The notes beneath the pieces are model-generated. The model saw only the letters and a program-made list of their open reading frames with translations. It had not been told where the DNA came from and searched no databases. This document shows positions 1 to 12,263 of a stretch of DNA of 52,614 bases, piece by piece. The position numbers were made by a program, and so were the translations under genes. Each line of letters starts with the position of its first letter. Within the stretch, counting starts at the first letter, position 1. The stretch is from Chiloscyllium plagiosum (lineage: Eukaryota): positions 83,710,463 through 83,763,076 of the forward strand of contig NC_057711.1 in NCBI RefSeq assembly GCF_004010195.1, given 5' to 3'.

Positions 1-1900
1 GTGAAAGGGAAGGCTGGTAGGTATAGGGAATGTTGGATGACTAAAGAAATTGAGGGTTTGATTAAGAAAAAGAAGGAAACATATGTCAGGTACAGGCAGG
101 ATAGATCGAGTGAATCCTTAGAAGAGTATAAAGGAAGTAGGAGTATACTTAAGAGGGAAATCAGGAGGGCAAAACAGGGACATGAGATAGCTTTGGCAAA
201 TAGAATTAAGGAGAATCCAAAGAGTTTTTACAAATATATTAAGGACAAAAGGGTAACTAGGGAGAGAATAGGGCCCCTCAAAGATCCTCAAGGCGGCCTT
301 TGTGTGAAGCCACAGAAAATGGGGGAATTACTAAATGAATATTTTGCATCAATATTTACTGTGGAAAAGATATGGAAGATATAGACTGTAGGGAAATAGA
401 TGGTGACATCTTGCAAAATGTCCAGATAACAGAGGAGGAAGTGTTGAATGTCTTGAAATGGTTAAAGGTGGATAAATCCCCAGGACTTGATCAGGTGTAC
501 CTGAGAACTCTGTGGGAAGCCAGAGAAGTGATTGCAGTTCCTCTTGCTGAGATATTTGTATCATTGATAGTCACAGGTGAAGTGCTGGAAGACTAGAGGT
601 TGCCAAAAGCGGTTCCACTGTTTAAGAAGGGCGGTAAAGACAAGCCAGGGAACTATAGACCGGTGAGCCTGACCTCAGCGGTGAGCAAGTTGTTGGAGGG
701 AATCCTGAGGGACAGGATGTACATGTATTTGGAAAGCCAAGGACAAATTAGGGATAGTCAACATAGATTTGTGCATGGGAAATCATATCTCACAAACTTG
801 ATTGAGTTTTTTGAAGAAGTAACAAAAAGGAATGATTAGGGCAGAGCAGTGGACATGATCTATATGGAGTTCAATCAGGCATTCGACAAGCTTCCCCATG
901 GGAGACTGGTTAGCAAGATTAGATCTCATGGAATACAGGGAGAACTAGCCATTTGGATACAGAACTGGCTTGAAGATGGTAGACAGATGGTGGTGGAGGG
1001 TTATATTTCAGACTAGAGGCCTGTGACCAGTGGAGTGTCACAAGGATCAGTGCTGCGTCCTCTACTTTTCATCATTTATATAGATGATTGGATGTGAGCG
1101 TAAGAGATAAAGTTAGTGAGTTTGCAGATGACACCAAAATTGGAGGTGTAGTGGACAGTGAAGAGAGTTACCTCAGATTACAACAGAATCTGGACCAGAT
1201 GGGCCAATGGGCTGAGAAGTGGCAGATGGAGTTTAATTCAGATAAATGCGAGGTGCTGCATTTTGGGAAAGCAAATCTTANNNNNNNNNNNNNNNNNNNN
1301 NNNNNNNNNNNNNNNNNNNNNNNNNNNNNNNNNNNNNNNNNNNNNNNNNNNNNNNNNNNNNNNNNNNNNNNNNNNNNNNNNNNNNNNNNNNNNNNNNNNN
1401 NNNNNNNNNNNNNNNNNNNNNNNNNNNNNNNNNNNNNNNNNNNNNNNNNNNNNNNNNNNNNNNNNNNNNNNNNNNNNNNNNNNNNNNNNNNNNNNNNNNN
1501 NNNNNNNNNNNNNNNNNNNNNNNNNNNNNNNNNNNNNNNNNNNNNNNNNNNNNNNNNNNNNNNNNNNNNNNNNNNNNNNNNNNNNNNNNNNNNNNNNNNN
1601 NNNNNNNNNNNNNNNNNNNNNNNNNNNNNNNNNNNNNNNNNNNNNNNNNNNNNNNNNNGCAACTTTTTCATGCAGAGGGTGGTACGTGTATGGAATGAGC
1701 TGCCAGAGGATGTGGTGGAGGCTGGTACAATTGCAACATTTAAGAGGCATTTGGATGGGTATATGAATAGGAAGGGTTTGGAGGGATATGGGCTGGGTGC
1801 TGGCAGGTGAGACTAGATTGGGTTGCGATATCTGGTCGGCATGGACGGGTTGGACCGAAGGGTCTGTTTCCATGCTGTACATCTCTATGACTCTATGACT
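1..1900 (+). mobile_element. CR1-clade LINE (HER1-like), ORF2/RT pseudogene with 3' tail; 5' part lies outside the window; N gap 1281-1658
   Basis: Broken ORFs with RT motifs KSPGLD, NYRPVSLTS, FADDTK, WQMEFN, WNELP; frameshifts and stops; ends ...CTCTATGACTCTATGACT. Confidence 0.93.
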
Positions 1901-1901
1901 T

Positions 1902-2165
1902 TACTGATGATCGAGAGTAGACTAATGTGGCAGTAATTGGCCAGGTTGCATTTGTAATTTTCCACATTGTTGGATAAATGTTAGTGTTGTAGCTGTAATC
2001 GAACAGCTTGACTATGGGAACGGCAATTTCTGGAGCACAAGTCTTCAAACCATTGCAGGAATGTTGTCAGAGCCCATAGCCTTTGCAGATTCCAGTGTCT
2101 CCAACCATTCCTTGATATCACATCGAGTGGATTGGATTGGCTAAAGACTAGTTTCAAGGAGCAGG
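1902..2165 (-). mobile_element. Fragment of an older, second CR1/L2-type LINE family (N-terminal RT region)
   Basis: Reverse strand gives degenerate KAMGSDNIPA...TCAPE...LFxYSYN...NYxxISLLSIIS. Confidence 0.65.
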
Positions 2166-2954
2166 GGAATTGCAACTGAAATTTCATACTTGCTGGGCAG
2201 TTCCTATGAAAGTTACCATGTCAGGATTTCTGCTGTGTTTCAATGAGCAGTTTGGGTTATTTGTCTGTTCTGCAACTATCTGGAGGATCTACACCAATGA
2301 GTTCACAGTTTTGAATTTCCCAAAATGAAATTGATTTGATTATTCATCGTGTGCAGCAAATTCTAGCTGAATGAAGCCAAGCCCTGGTTACGGGGCATGA
2401 TTAGTTTGGGGTTAGCTGTTGACAATTGCCACTGAAGACACACATTTACAAAACAAAAATTGTGAATAAGTTATTTGCTTTTTCTTGTTTACTACTCATG
2501 GATTGACATAATCAGTAATAAGGGACTGCACAATTAGAATCCACAAGCAAAAATCACATCACCAAGGCTGTCCTGTAAGAAAGTTTAGAAACCTGACAGT
2601 GAAGTGTTTGCAGTACATATTTTGAAATACTCACAAATTATTGAAAATGACAATGTTTGAATTTCTTAATAATAAATGTGGTAAACTACAGTAACATATT
2701 TTGGCTCAAGAGGATATTGTAGCAGATGTCATTCTGGAGATGTGCTGTTTGCTTTCCTTATGGATATTTAACAGTGCCTAATTGCCAATTAATAGTGTAC
2801 ATCATTCCTGTAGTGAACAAGTTGCAACAACTCACTAAATAATATCAATACAGATACACCCCACCTGAAAGGAAAACTCAACAAAACCACAGCAGAAAGA
2901 AATGTTCTGGATTGAATTGTCTGAAAAATAGTTTTTCCAGTTCACATTTGTGTG

Positions 2955-3165
2955 ACAGGACAGTGGCTGAATAGTTAGCACTGCTGCCTCACAGCACTGG
3001 GGACCTGGGTTTGACAATAGACATTCTGCCCTTCGAGCCTGCACCACCATTCAATATGATCATGGCTGATCATCCTTAATCAGTATCCTGTCCCAGCCTT
3101 GAACAACTATCTGTGTGTAGTTTATACATTCTCCATGACTGTGTTGCTTTCCTCTGGGTGCTGAC
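2955..3165 (+). mobile_element. Degenerate HE1-like tRNA SINE head, interrupted by a minus-strand CR1 3' tail (~3012-3090)
   Basis: GTGGCTGAATAGTTAGCACTGCTGCCTCACAGC...GGGTT resembles the SINEs at 27085 and 28308; the insert matches the tail at 37535-37640. Confidence 0.7.
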
Positions 3166-3169
3166 TATC

Positions 3170-3589
3170 CCTAATCCGTCCTTGACTTTCTAAATACATG
3201 TACACCCTGTCCCTCAGGATTCCCTCCAACAACTTGCCCACCACCAATGTCAGCCTCACCGGTCTATATTCCCTGGCTTGTTCTTACTACTTTTCTTAAA
3301 TAGCGGCACCACGTTTCCCAACCTCCAGTCGTCCGGCACCTCACCTGTGACTATCGATGATACAAATATCTCAGCAAAGGGCCCAACAATCACTTCCCTA
3401 GCTTCCCACAGAGTTTGAGGGTACACCTGATCAGGTCCTAGGGATTTATCCACCTTTAACCATTTTAAGTCTTTTCCTTGGGGTGGACCGTGTGCTGGCA
3501 AGTGGGACTAGATTAGATTAGAATATCTGGTCGGTTTGGACAAATTGGACCAAGGGGTCTGTTTCCTTGCTGTACATCTCTATGACTCT
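3170..3589. mobile_element. Rearranged HER1-like CR1: inverted ORF2 piece (3170-3469, minus) joined to a 3' tail (~3490-3589, plus)
   Basis: Minus ORF LKWLKVDKSLGPDQVYP...NKPGN is homologous to ~455-755; the plus part is homologous to 1795-1900. Confidence 0.85.
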
Positions 3590-3764
3590 TAATGAAATAG
3601 TGAGATTGTGATGCCAGTCAGCATTGAATGCTGATTTGACAGACTATCATTTTTGAGCTTATCACCCAATTAATGCCCTCTCTTGAATATGTGTTCAGTA
3701 ACAGAGGGAGCTCTGTACAGAATTTGGATTAGGCCACAGCAGGTGATTTCAGTGGAGGGGGGAG

Positions 3765-4262
3765 TGGGGCAAAGGAAATTTACCAGGTTGTTGCCTGGGA
3801 TGAAACAGTTTAACTGTGAAGAGCAGCTGGATAATCTCGGGCTTTTTTCTTTAGCGCAGGGAAGGTTGATGGGGACTGATAAAGGTGTGTAAGGTTATGA
3901 GGGGCATGGATGGGCTGAATAGAAAGCAGCTGTTCCCCTTAGTTGAAGGGTCAATACAAGGGAGCATAATTTTAAGGTGAAAGGCAGGAAGTTTAGAGGG
4001 GATCTGAGGAAAAGCATTTTCACTCAGATGGTGATGGGATCTGGAATGTATTGCTTGGGAGGGTAATTGATGCAGGTAACTTCACAAATTTTAAAAAATA
4101 CATAAATGAGCACTTGAAACTCATAACATTCGTGACTATGGGCCTGGTGCTGGGAGGTGTGACTAGAGTAGATTCAGTGTATTTTTGGCAGTACAGATCG
4201 ATGAGCTGAAAGGACCTCTTCTGTATTGTATGGTTCTGTGGTTCTATGATGATTCTATGATG
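3765..4262 (+). mobile_element. Old CR1 3' fragment
   Basis: QRKFTRLLPGM...LGLFSL peptide; tail TTCTGTGGTTCTATGATGATTCTATGA. Confidence 0.8.
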
Positions 4263-4539
4263 AAGGTTGGTATCAACTACTTATTTTTAACTGATTTTTA
4301 TTCAGGATATTGGTTGGAGGGACAGCCCTGAGTGATGGAATGCGGTGGGATAATTGAACAATAAAGATCTCATTCAAGGGAACTGAGGTTTGGTCATATG
4401 TTCACAGGTAATCAATCTCATGTTGTTTACCTCTTCCTTTTCTCAATCTCCACCTCTTTCTCCTTCTCCTGAAATCAACGTACCCATGATAGCAAAAGCT
4501 TTGACCCCTTAATGTCCAAGTCGTAGAGGACTGGTGCCT

Positions 4540-4910
4540 CAGAGGCTGAGGTTTATAAAATAATGAGGGGTATGGATAGAGTGAATAGTCAAGGTCTTTT
4601 TCATAGATGGGGGAGTCCAAAACTAGACAGCATAGGTTTAAGGTGACAGGGGAAAGGTTTAAAAAGGATCCGAGCGATAAGTTGTTCACACAAAGGGTGG
4701 TGGGTAAATGGAACAAGCTGCCAGTGATAGTGGTGGAGGTGGGTACTATTACAACATTTAAAAGGCATCTGAATGGGTATATGAATAGGAAGTGTTTAGA
4801 GGGATATGGGCCAACTGTTGGCAAATGAGACAAGATCAGATTGGAGTGTCTGGGCGGCCTGGACAAGTTGGACCGAAGGGTTTTTTTTCCATGCTGTATG
4901 ACTCTATGAC
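4540..4910 (+). mobile_element. 5'-truncated HER1-like CR1 3' end
   Basis: ORF FTQRVVGKWNKLP...GYMNRKCLEGYG; tail ATGACTCTATGACT. Confidence 0.88.
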
Positions 4911-7900
4911 TTCCACAAATTTGATTATTTCAGTGAATACTGGAGAGATCCTCTCAATCAGATCAGGAAACTGGCAGGTTGGCTAATACCAACATCACCA
5001 GTGGATCCACAAGTCCTCTCATGCAGTTAGCCACCATTTCTACATTGTCAAGGCAGAGCTCCAGTCTATCAAGTTCAAGCCAGAACTCATAGTGAGCCTA
5101 CAGCCTCTGGGACGATATTTCTGTTGGCATACCTTCATGCACATACTTTTCTTCACTTTAGGGGATATTGGAGAAGTGGTGGAACAATTCCTGGCTAAAC
5201 TATGTCATCATGAATACTCTTTCCGCAGCTAACAAATCCTGGTTGAGATTTGCACTGGAGCATCTGGCCCACAGATTAAGATGTTACCAATGCAGTGCAA
5301 AGTCTCCATATTCTAGGACATATTATTATTTTATGTCAATGGAGACCTTCAGTCACAAATGAAAATGGACTTTCACTTGCCTCACATTAAAATAAATGCT
5401 GTCAAGAGGAAATTTGGTTTGATGTTGTTATAGATCAGTAATACTGAACAACATGGTATCTACTGCTTTCCTGGCTGAGACTCATGAGCTGCAGGAACTC
5501 ATGATATAATGGAACTGTGAGTATGTAAAATAATAACATTCCTAAAAATTACTTTAAAAACACAGATTTTTATGTTATTATAATGCATCATGGAAGGATT
5601 TTACATACCCCACCTACTGGTTTGTGGGCAGGAGAGTCATAAAATTCCTGCATGGCCCTTCTATCAAACCCCTGTCCATCTCCTGAGCTATCTGTAATTT
5701 TATGGAGCAGGGTAGACAGGTCTTACGAGTGGTTCGCCTGCTCACATCCCACTAAGAGACCTTTATGTGGTCTCAAATCTGAATTACTATTCCATAAGAA
5801 CAAATAACTCAAAGGGCTTCTTCAACAGTTTTTTTTTAACTTTGATTTTTGAATCAAGGTTGCAAAGTCTTAAAAATAGTCTTGGGAAATATACTGTGCA
5901 CTAATTGCTGAAGGTTAAGAACAGAATCTTTTGCATACACTTGTGACAAGTTAGGATTCTTTAGTCTAAACTTTTGGTCCAAAAATAGTACAAGGTACAT
6001 TTGGAGGAGTTGAAATCTATCCTTTCCCACCATCTCACTACCAAACAGTTGGTAGGTCAAACATTGTTCCTACCAACTCTGCCCAAAGGTAGCACAGAAG
6101 AGCCATAAGTACATGCACAGACACAAGGAGCTGAACAGCCACTTTCACTGTTTGATCTGCTCTGTCTTCACAAACTGGTGTAGATGCAATAATGGACTTT
6201 CTCCCTTCAGCAGGATATTTGGTACTTATAAGGCAATGTTAGCTCCTAAACCTAAGAACTAGGCATGCGAAATATAGTACTGAAAGATTCAGTAGACTTT
6301 TATTACAGCTCGTGGTATCTGCATACATTACAATCACATACACTGTTGTATTTGACCTGCAGCAGTTTGTTTGTACATTATTACACACTTCCCTCAGCAT
6401 ATCATGCTTCAAGTGCTCGCTCTAAGGTGGACATTGAGAACTTTATACCATCAGGTCACATGACATGATATGGTGATGATATTATGAGTCTGCCTCTTCA
6501 GGTAATATTGCATACCAGCTGTAAGACATAACCTGATGCTATGATTCTATCAAATAGGTTTGCACCCAGGTGTGTTTGATTTTAGTGGCAAGCAGGTGGT
6601 AAGAACAAAGAATTTGGATTTTTTAACTGAATGTAGGGGTCAACAGAAAGTATATGGAAAATAACTGATTTTTTTGGCAAACATTAGGAATCAGCTTTCA
6701 CACAAGTTGGACCATTACTCAAGAATAAATTGTATGTCAACCAAGTCTATCATCAGCATTCAGTTAATGTGGTTTGCGAATGAAAGCTAATTATTTATAA
6801 AATGTAATCTCTTTCAAATGTTCAGCACCCATTCACTTGAATACAAGTGAAATAGATTTTTTCAAAATCTTATCTGTTACTGCTGTTAGAAAATAATACA
6901 GAGGCATTGCCATGGCAACTTGTGCAAAGGGTCACCACTACACTTTCCATATAATTGTAAGCGATTTGATAAAAACAGCTTTCTAGAATTCTGGGATGCA
7001 AAATGGAAGCACCTCCACAACAAAAATTACTATTATTAAACACCATCTGTTGAACGAGAGACTGCAGCTGTTTTTAGAGGGTGCTTGTAAGCTATGTGGA
7101 TATGCTCAGAATTTTAATGTTTGTTTACAACTGATGTGAAGCTTCAAAATGGCGTTCATGTGCCATTAGCCAATTTCAAAGAAATTAAAATGCAAAAACA
7201 AATTTCAAAGCTGTAATGATTTAAGTGTGATTTGACCTCATGAATTATTCAATGCTCCAGAAAGGCTGCATTTGGTATTTAAAATCTGGGATAAATGTGG
7301 TTGATCACTGTGGTTAGTTCTTTAATAATTATTCTGATTGCCTTCTCTGTGCAGGATGTGCCTGTTCAATAACTGTTAATTTCACAGCAGGCCAGCTTCA
7401 GACTTCTCATATCCTGGGTGGATAAAAGATCATTGCCAGCCAAACCGCTGTCTCACAGAAACTCTTGTCTTTAAATAGTTTCCTCCCATTATGAAATACT
7501 TACTCTCATTTTAAAAATGCTTACTTCAATATTAAATCAAATGGTGTTATGCAACATTAACCTGTGGATTCTATCTGTTGTACTGTGTACTTGCTGCTAG
7601 TCCTTGATCATTGTATAGTGACAAAAATTATAGGATGACGAGTCATTTCTGTCCAATCACTACTCCTTTAACGGTAGTATTATATCAATGATCACATTTT
7701 GCCTTCCCTAATATTACTCATTTTTTAAAATAAATGTATCATACCACACATATGAACTCCAGATTTATTTCTTAGTATGTATCTTTCTTCTCCCAGTATA
7801 TAATCTGGTAGGTACAATGAATGTCTTTGTATCCAGGCATCCGTAACTGTCCCTGTTCCAATTTCTCTTGTGTCTGCAGGGAATGACTGCAGCATTTCTT

Positions 7901-8509
7901 GGTCACTTTCCCACTTCTCAACAGTGCAGAGAGGGAGTTGCTGGACAGCTCTTCCTTCCACTTTGTTCTTCCATATTTAGACTGACCTTGCTAGGTTTCA
8001 CATAGTATGTATACGGTCTGGTAATTAAAATGAAGCCAGGATGCTTTCTGCAGAAACTCCAGGCTAAAAGATGGATATTAAAATTTGTTTCTGTTAACTG
8101 TTACGACTTACTGGGGTAGCACATTGTAAATCAAGTCCTGCTGTTCACAGAGTTGCACCAAATGTTAAAGTAATTTATAAGGTGTGTACAGTATCTAAAG
8201 TTACCTAACTTTCCATCTGAAGTTAGTGGAAGGAAAGGACCAGGTTTCTGGAATAAAAGTGAATTACTATTTATTACAAATAATTAGACTATAGCTGTAA
8301 AGTAAACAGATATAAACTATTGGCATATAATACTACCAACTAAAACTCGAATCCCCTTGTAAACTCCCTCTGTCCACACACATGCACAGAAAAATAAATA
8401 GAGAAAATAGATTATTGGTCGAGGCAGAAAAAGCTGAGAAGTTTGTTCAGTGTTCTTTGCTTCCCAGTTTTGACATTGAGACTACTTTACCTACGTTAAC
8501 CAACTTTGG

Positions 8510-8770
8510 TTAAAGTTAAAAATCACATAACACCAGGTTATAGTCCAACAGGTTATCTGTGTGATTTTTCTTCGCTACGTCCAACCCAGCCCAACACTGG
8601 CACTTCCACATCATGCCTACTTTGGTTAGCCAAGTTTTTGCAATTTCAAAGAAGTGTCACTGGACTGCAAACATTAATGCTGCTTTTTCTTCACAGATTC
8701 TCCGAGACTTTCTTCAGCAATTTCTGTTTTTGCTTGTTTCAGATTGCCAGCATCTGCAGTTCTTTGTTTT
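8510..8770. mobile_element. Two adjacent degenerate Penelope-like pseudo-LTR fragments
   Basis: 8510-8615 is a folded copy of the 9011-9090 sequence; 8650-8770 ends CAGATTGCCAGCATCTGCAGTTCTTTG, like the other hairpin families. Confidence 0.55.
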
Positions 8771-9010
8771 AAATTACATCAATATTCAGTTGTTTTTCTC
8801 TGGAAGCTTCCATTGGTTTGCAGGAAGTGCAGAGCAACTGATTCATCTGGAAATGTCTATGATTTATAAATTCAAAAGTCATACCTCACAACACTGCTGC
8901 AGGTAAGGTAATGGGGTTTCTTCAAATTCAAACTGAGTTTTTACTGCAGAGCACAGGCAGCTTTGCTGGAGAGAATACTTCTGTCTCTCTCTCTCTCTCT
9001 GTCTCTGTAG

Positions 9011-9377
9011 TCATGATTTGGAGATGCCGGTGTTGGACTGGGGTGCACAAAGTTAAAAATCACACAACACCAGGTTATATTGCAATAGGTTTATTTGGAA
9101 ATACTAGCTTTCGGAGCGCTGCTCTTTCATCAGGTGGTTGTGGAGTATAATATCGTAAGACACAGAATTTTCGGCAAAAGTGTATAGTGTGATATGACTA
9201 AAGTTATGTATTGAAAAAGACCTGGATTGTTTGTTAAGTATCTCATCTTTTAGAATGACCATGTTGGTTTCAGTTCTTTCATATGTAAATTGTAGAACAT
9301 TTAAAAGTTATATTCTCAAGTGAACTTTAACAATTGGTGTCATGTCGGCCCAGCATCTGCAGTCCTCACTTTCTCCC
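9011..9377 (-). mobile_element. Penelope-like 3' end/pseudo-LTR with a hammerhead-like core
   Basis: Minus strand CAC-CTGATGA-A-AGAGC-AGC-GCTCC-GAAA-GCTA-GTA at ~9102-9136, followed by AATAAA. Confidence 0.65.
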
Positions 9378-9759
9378 TGTGAAATTATGCAGCAACTCTG
9401 GTAAGTAGCTATTTTTAAAAATACTTCTTTCTCGTTGTGGTCCACAGTTTTCAATGCACAATAATAAAAAAAGACACAATTCTTACATGATCCAATAGCA
9501 ACTTGAAATTATAAAGCGATTTTCACACAGTAAAATGTCCCGAGGATGGTTAGCAGACAAATCTGTCAGCAAATCACATAGCAATATAACACATGATATA
9601 AAAACATGCACTGCATAAACATTATAAAAAAAGGATTTTTTTTTAATCTGCTGACAACAAATATTTATAAACATGGCTATTACCAGGCTCCAGATGAGGT
9701 TCCCCAACTTTTGAACCAGAGAATCAAATAGTACAAAAAAGACCCTCCAGCACATTCAG

Positions 9760-9995
9760 TCAGCACATGAAAAACTACTTGCAATCTACACTAATCCCAT
9801 TTTCCAGTAGTTGATCCATAGCTTTGAATATTCAAGTCTCATTCTTAAAAACTGTGAGGTTCCCCACCATGACTATCTTCCCAAACAGTGCATTCCAGAT
9901 TTCCACCATCCTTTGGGTGAAAAAAACTCCTCAAATTCACTCTAAACCTCCTGCCTTTCACTTTAAAATTATGCCCCCTTTTTATTGACCCTAGT
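9760..9995 (-). mobile_element. Old CR1 3' fragment
   Basis: Reverse strand FFTQRMVEIWNAL-type sequence. Confidence 0.65.
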
Positions 9996-11974
9996 ATTTG
10001 ACTGTCTCCAAGTTAAAGCGGCAACATTGTTCTTGTTCATTTCCTGGACCAGTTGCAACATTCTTCCTTTGTTGGAAAAAGATGTCCTCTGCTTCCTGCT
10101 CTCAAAAGATGCACCTGTCCCAGGAAAGAGTGGGAGACTCGAGGCCAGTATTTCGCAGTCATCTCATTAATCCTGTGACAGCTGCAGCGTCAAAATGCTT
10201 TTTCAAAGCTTCTCTCAAGCATGTGGTGGTCTGTTAATTTACAAGTTCATCCTTTAAGAAACTGTCTTCATCATCCTGCATGCCCTCCCTAAGTGTCGGG
10301 AAGCCTGGAGGTGGAATCCTAATTGGTTTGCAATGGCAAAGTAGCTAGAAGATTCAATGGTCCAGCAATTGGTTCAAATCCTGAAAATGTCCCAACATCC
10401 AAAGAGAAATCATCAGAAAATTGAATTACTAATGAAATTGCTTTCTCTTTACAACCATCGTTGGGAACTTATGCAAATGAGGCATATTCCTTGAAATGGC
10501 AAGGTAGTGACAAAAGCTGAAATTTTCCTTTTTTGTGGTCAGAACTCCTGCCACACCATTTTCACTGTAACCCCAACTCATTCTCTGAGTTGAGGGGCTT
10601 TAAGTATGCATGGGTGGGTGGTTAGCATGCTTCTTAACATCAACAAACATGCTGAAACCTTAGTAGTGATGGAGTGAGATTATTGTAAACTAATTGCCAA
10701 AGGGCCAAAAGGGCTACGAGACCACAGACAGAAGTTTCCTTCATCGATGGACATTTTCAGAGCTGTTTCAATTGCTTCCTGGATGATATTGTCACCTCTT
10801 TCCATAATAACCTGGGAAGCAATGCAAGCAGACAGGAAGTAAATCTACTCTGGACTCAGAACCTCACACCCACAATGGAATTTTGGCAACATGAAAGGAA
10901 TGGCCAACTGGTGCACGTACATGTTTGGATAGCTGGTCGTTTGCATGTAGTTCCCCTGTTGGGATCTTGCACCTTTCCAGTTGTATCTCAATGGCCATTC
11001 ACTCTACTCTGTGGAGGGGTATGTAACTACACCAAAGGTAACTAGAGCTGTTGCTGGTAGTTTTGCCTCAGCTGCAGCTGGAGCATGTTGCAGTGGAAAG
11101 CCCCTTCCCTAGAAGCACAGCAGAAGAGGACAGTGGAGCTGCAAAAGCTATTCCCATGCCTCTCTGCAGGCTTGCAGCACGGGAGTGCATCTGAGGGTGG
11201 GGAAGTGCTGGTGGTTAGCAATAGTCTGACAAGCAGTGACTGCCCTCTTTAACAGAATGAATGCTCTTTGCAAGACATCAAGTTTCTGTAACTCTTCAAT
11301 TCAACTGGTCAAAGCCTTTATAACTTGCTAGTTTAATTGGGAAACTAACTGCTTCTCCCAACTGCAAGGTTGGAGACAGAGAGGCCTGGAGTTTATTTGA
11401 GTCGGGATCTAATTCTGGGATTCATGTTGAAAGTCATTTCTAGCCTTTCTTTTTCCAGTATGGGATCACGATATCGGTAGTTTGTCCACATGCACCACCT
11501 ATCCTCTTGCAAGCTCCATTTTAAGGGAGAGCAATTTAAACCTCCCTCGGCTCTGTATTTTCTGTAGAATTAGACAAGTTCTGTAAGTAAACATAGTTCA
11601 AGCCTTTCAGAAGAAGGGTGAACCATTGAGGATTCCCAGTTCTTAATATGGAACCCAAAATAAAACAGACTCAGCTGTTCCAAGAATGTTTCCCTTGACA
11701 GAGTTTGAAATATATTTTAAAAAATCATTCAGTTTCAACAGTTAGATGCTGTATCATCAGTTAGGTGTATGTTTATTGTAGTGATTAAATTCTCCAATGT
11801 AATAATCTGAAGGGACTTAAGTGCCCAGAATCTTTTTAAAAGTGAAAAAAAAACCGTCAGCAGCTTTCATTTAGAGAAGAATGGGCTCTCACCTGTTTCT
11901 GAAACAAGGCATCTGGTATTACTGAGAAACAAAAGCCCATCTTCTTTTTCAGGTTCAATAGATTCCACTTTGAA

Positions 11975-12263
11975 TAGGTCACTGTTCGGAGGGTCGGTGG
12001 TGGACTTGTTGGGCTGAAGGACCTGTTTCTGCACTGTAGGGAATCTGATCTAATCTAATGCACCTAACATAACGGGCAATTTACCATGGCCAATTCACTT
12101 AACCTACACATCTTTGGACTGTGGGAGGAAACCAGAGCACCTGGAGGAAACCAACGCAGACACAGGGAGATTGCGCAAACTCCACACAGACAGTCACCCG
12201 AGGCTGGAATCGAACCTGGGACCCTGGTGCTATGAGGCAGCAGTGCTAGCCATTGTGCCGCCC
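11975..12263. mobile_element. HE1-like SINE body (minus, ~12055-12263) abutting a plus-strand SINE/LINE tail (~11975-12058)
   Basis: Minus strand has tRNA-like A and B boxes (GGCACAATGGCTAGC, GGTTCGATTCC); plus tail ends ATCTAATCTAAT. Confidence 0.85.

Noticed and set aside
8180..10275. Possible fragmented solo LTRs (also ~32400-32990 and ~44440-45410)
   Set aside because: Composition is suggestive, but I could not fix termini or TSDs, so they are not called
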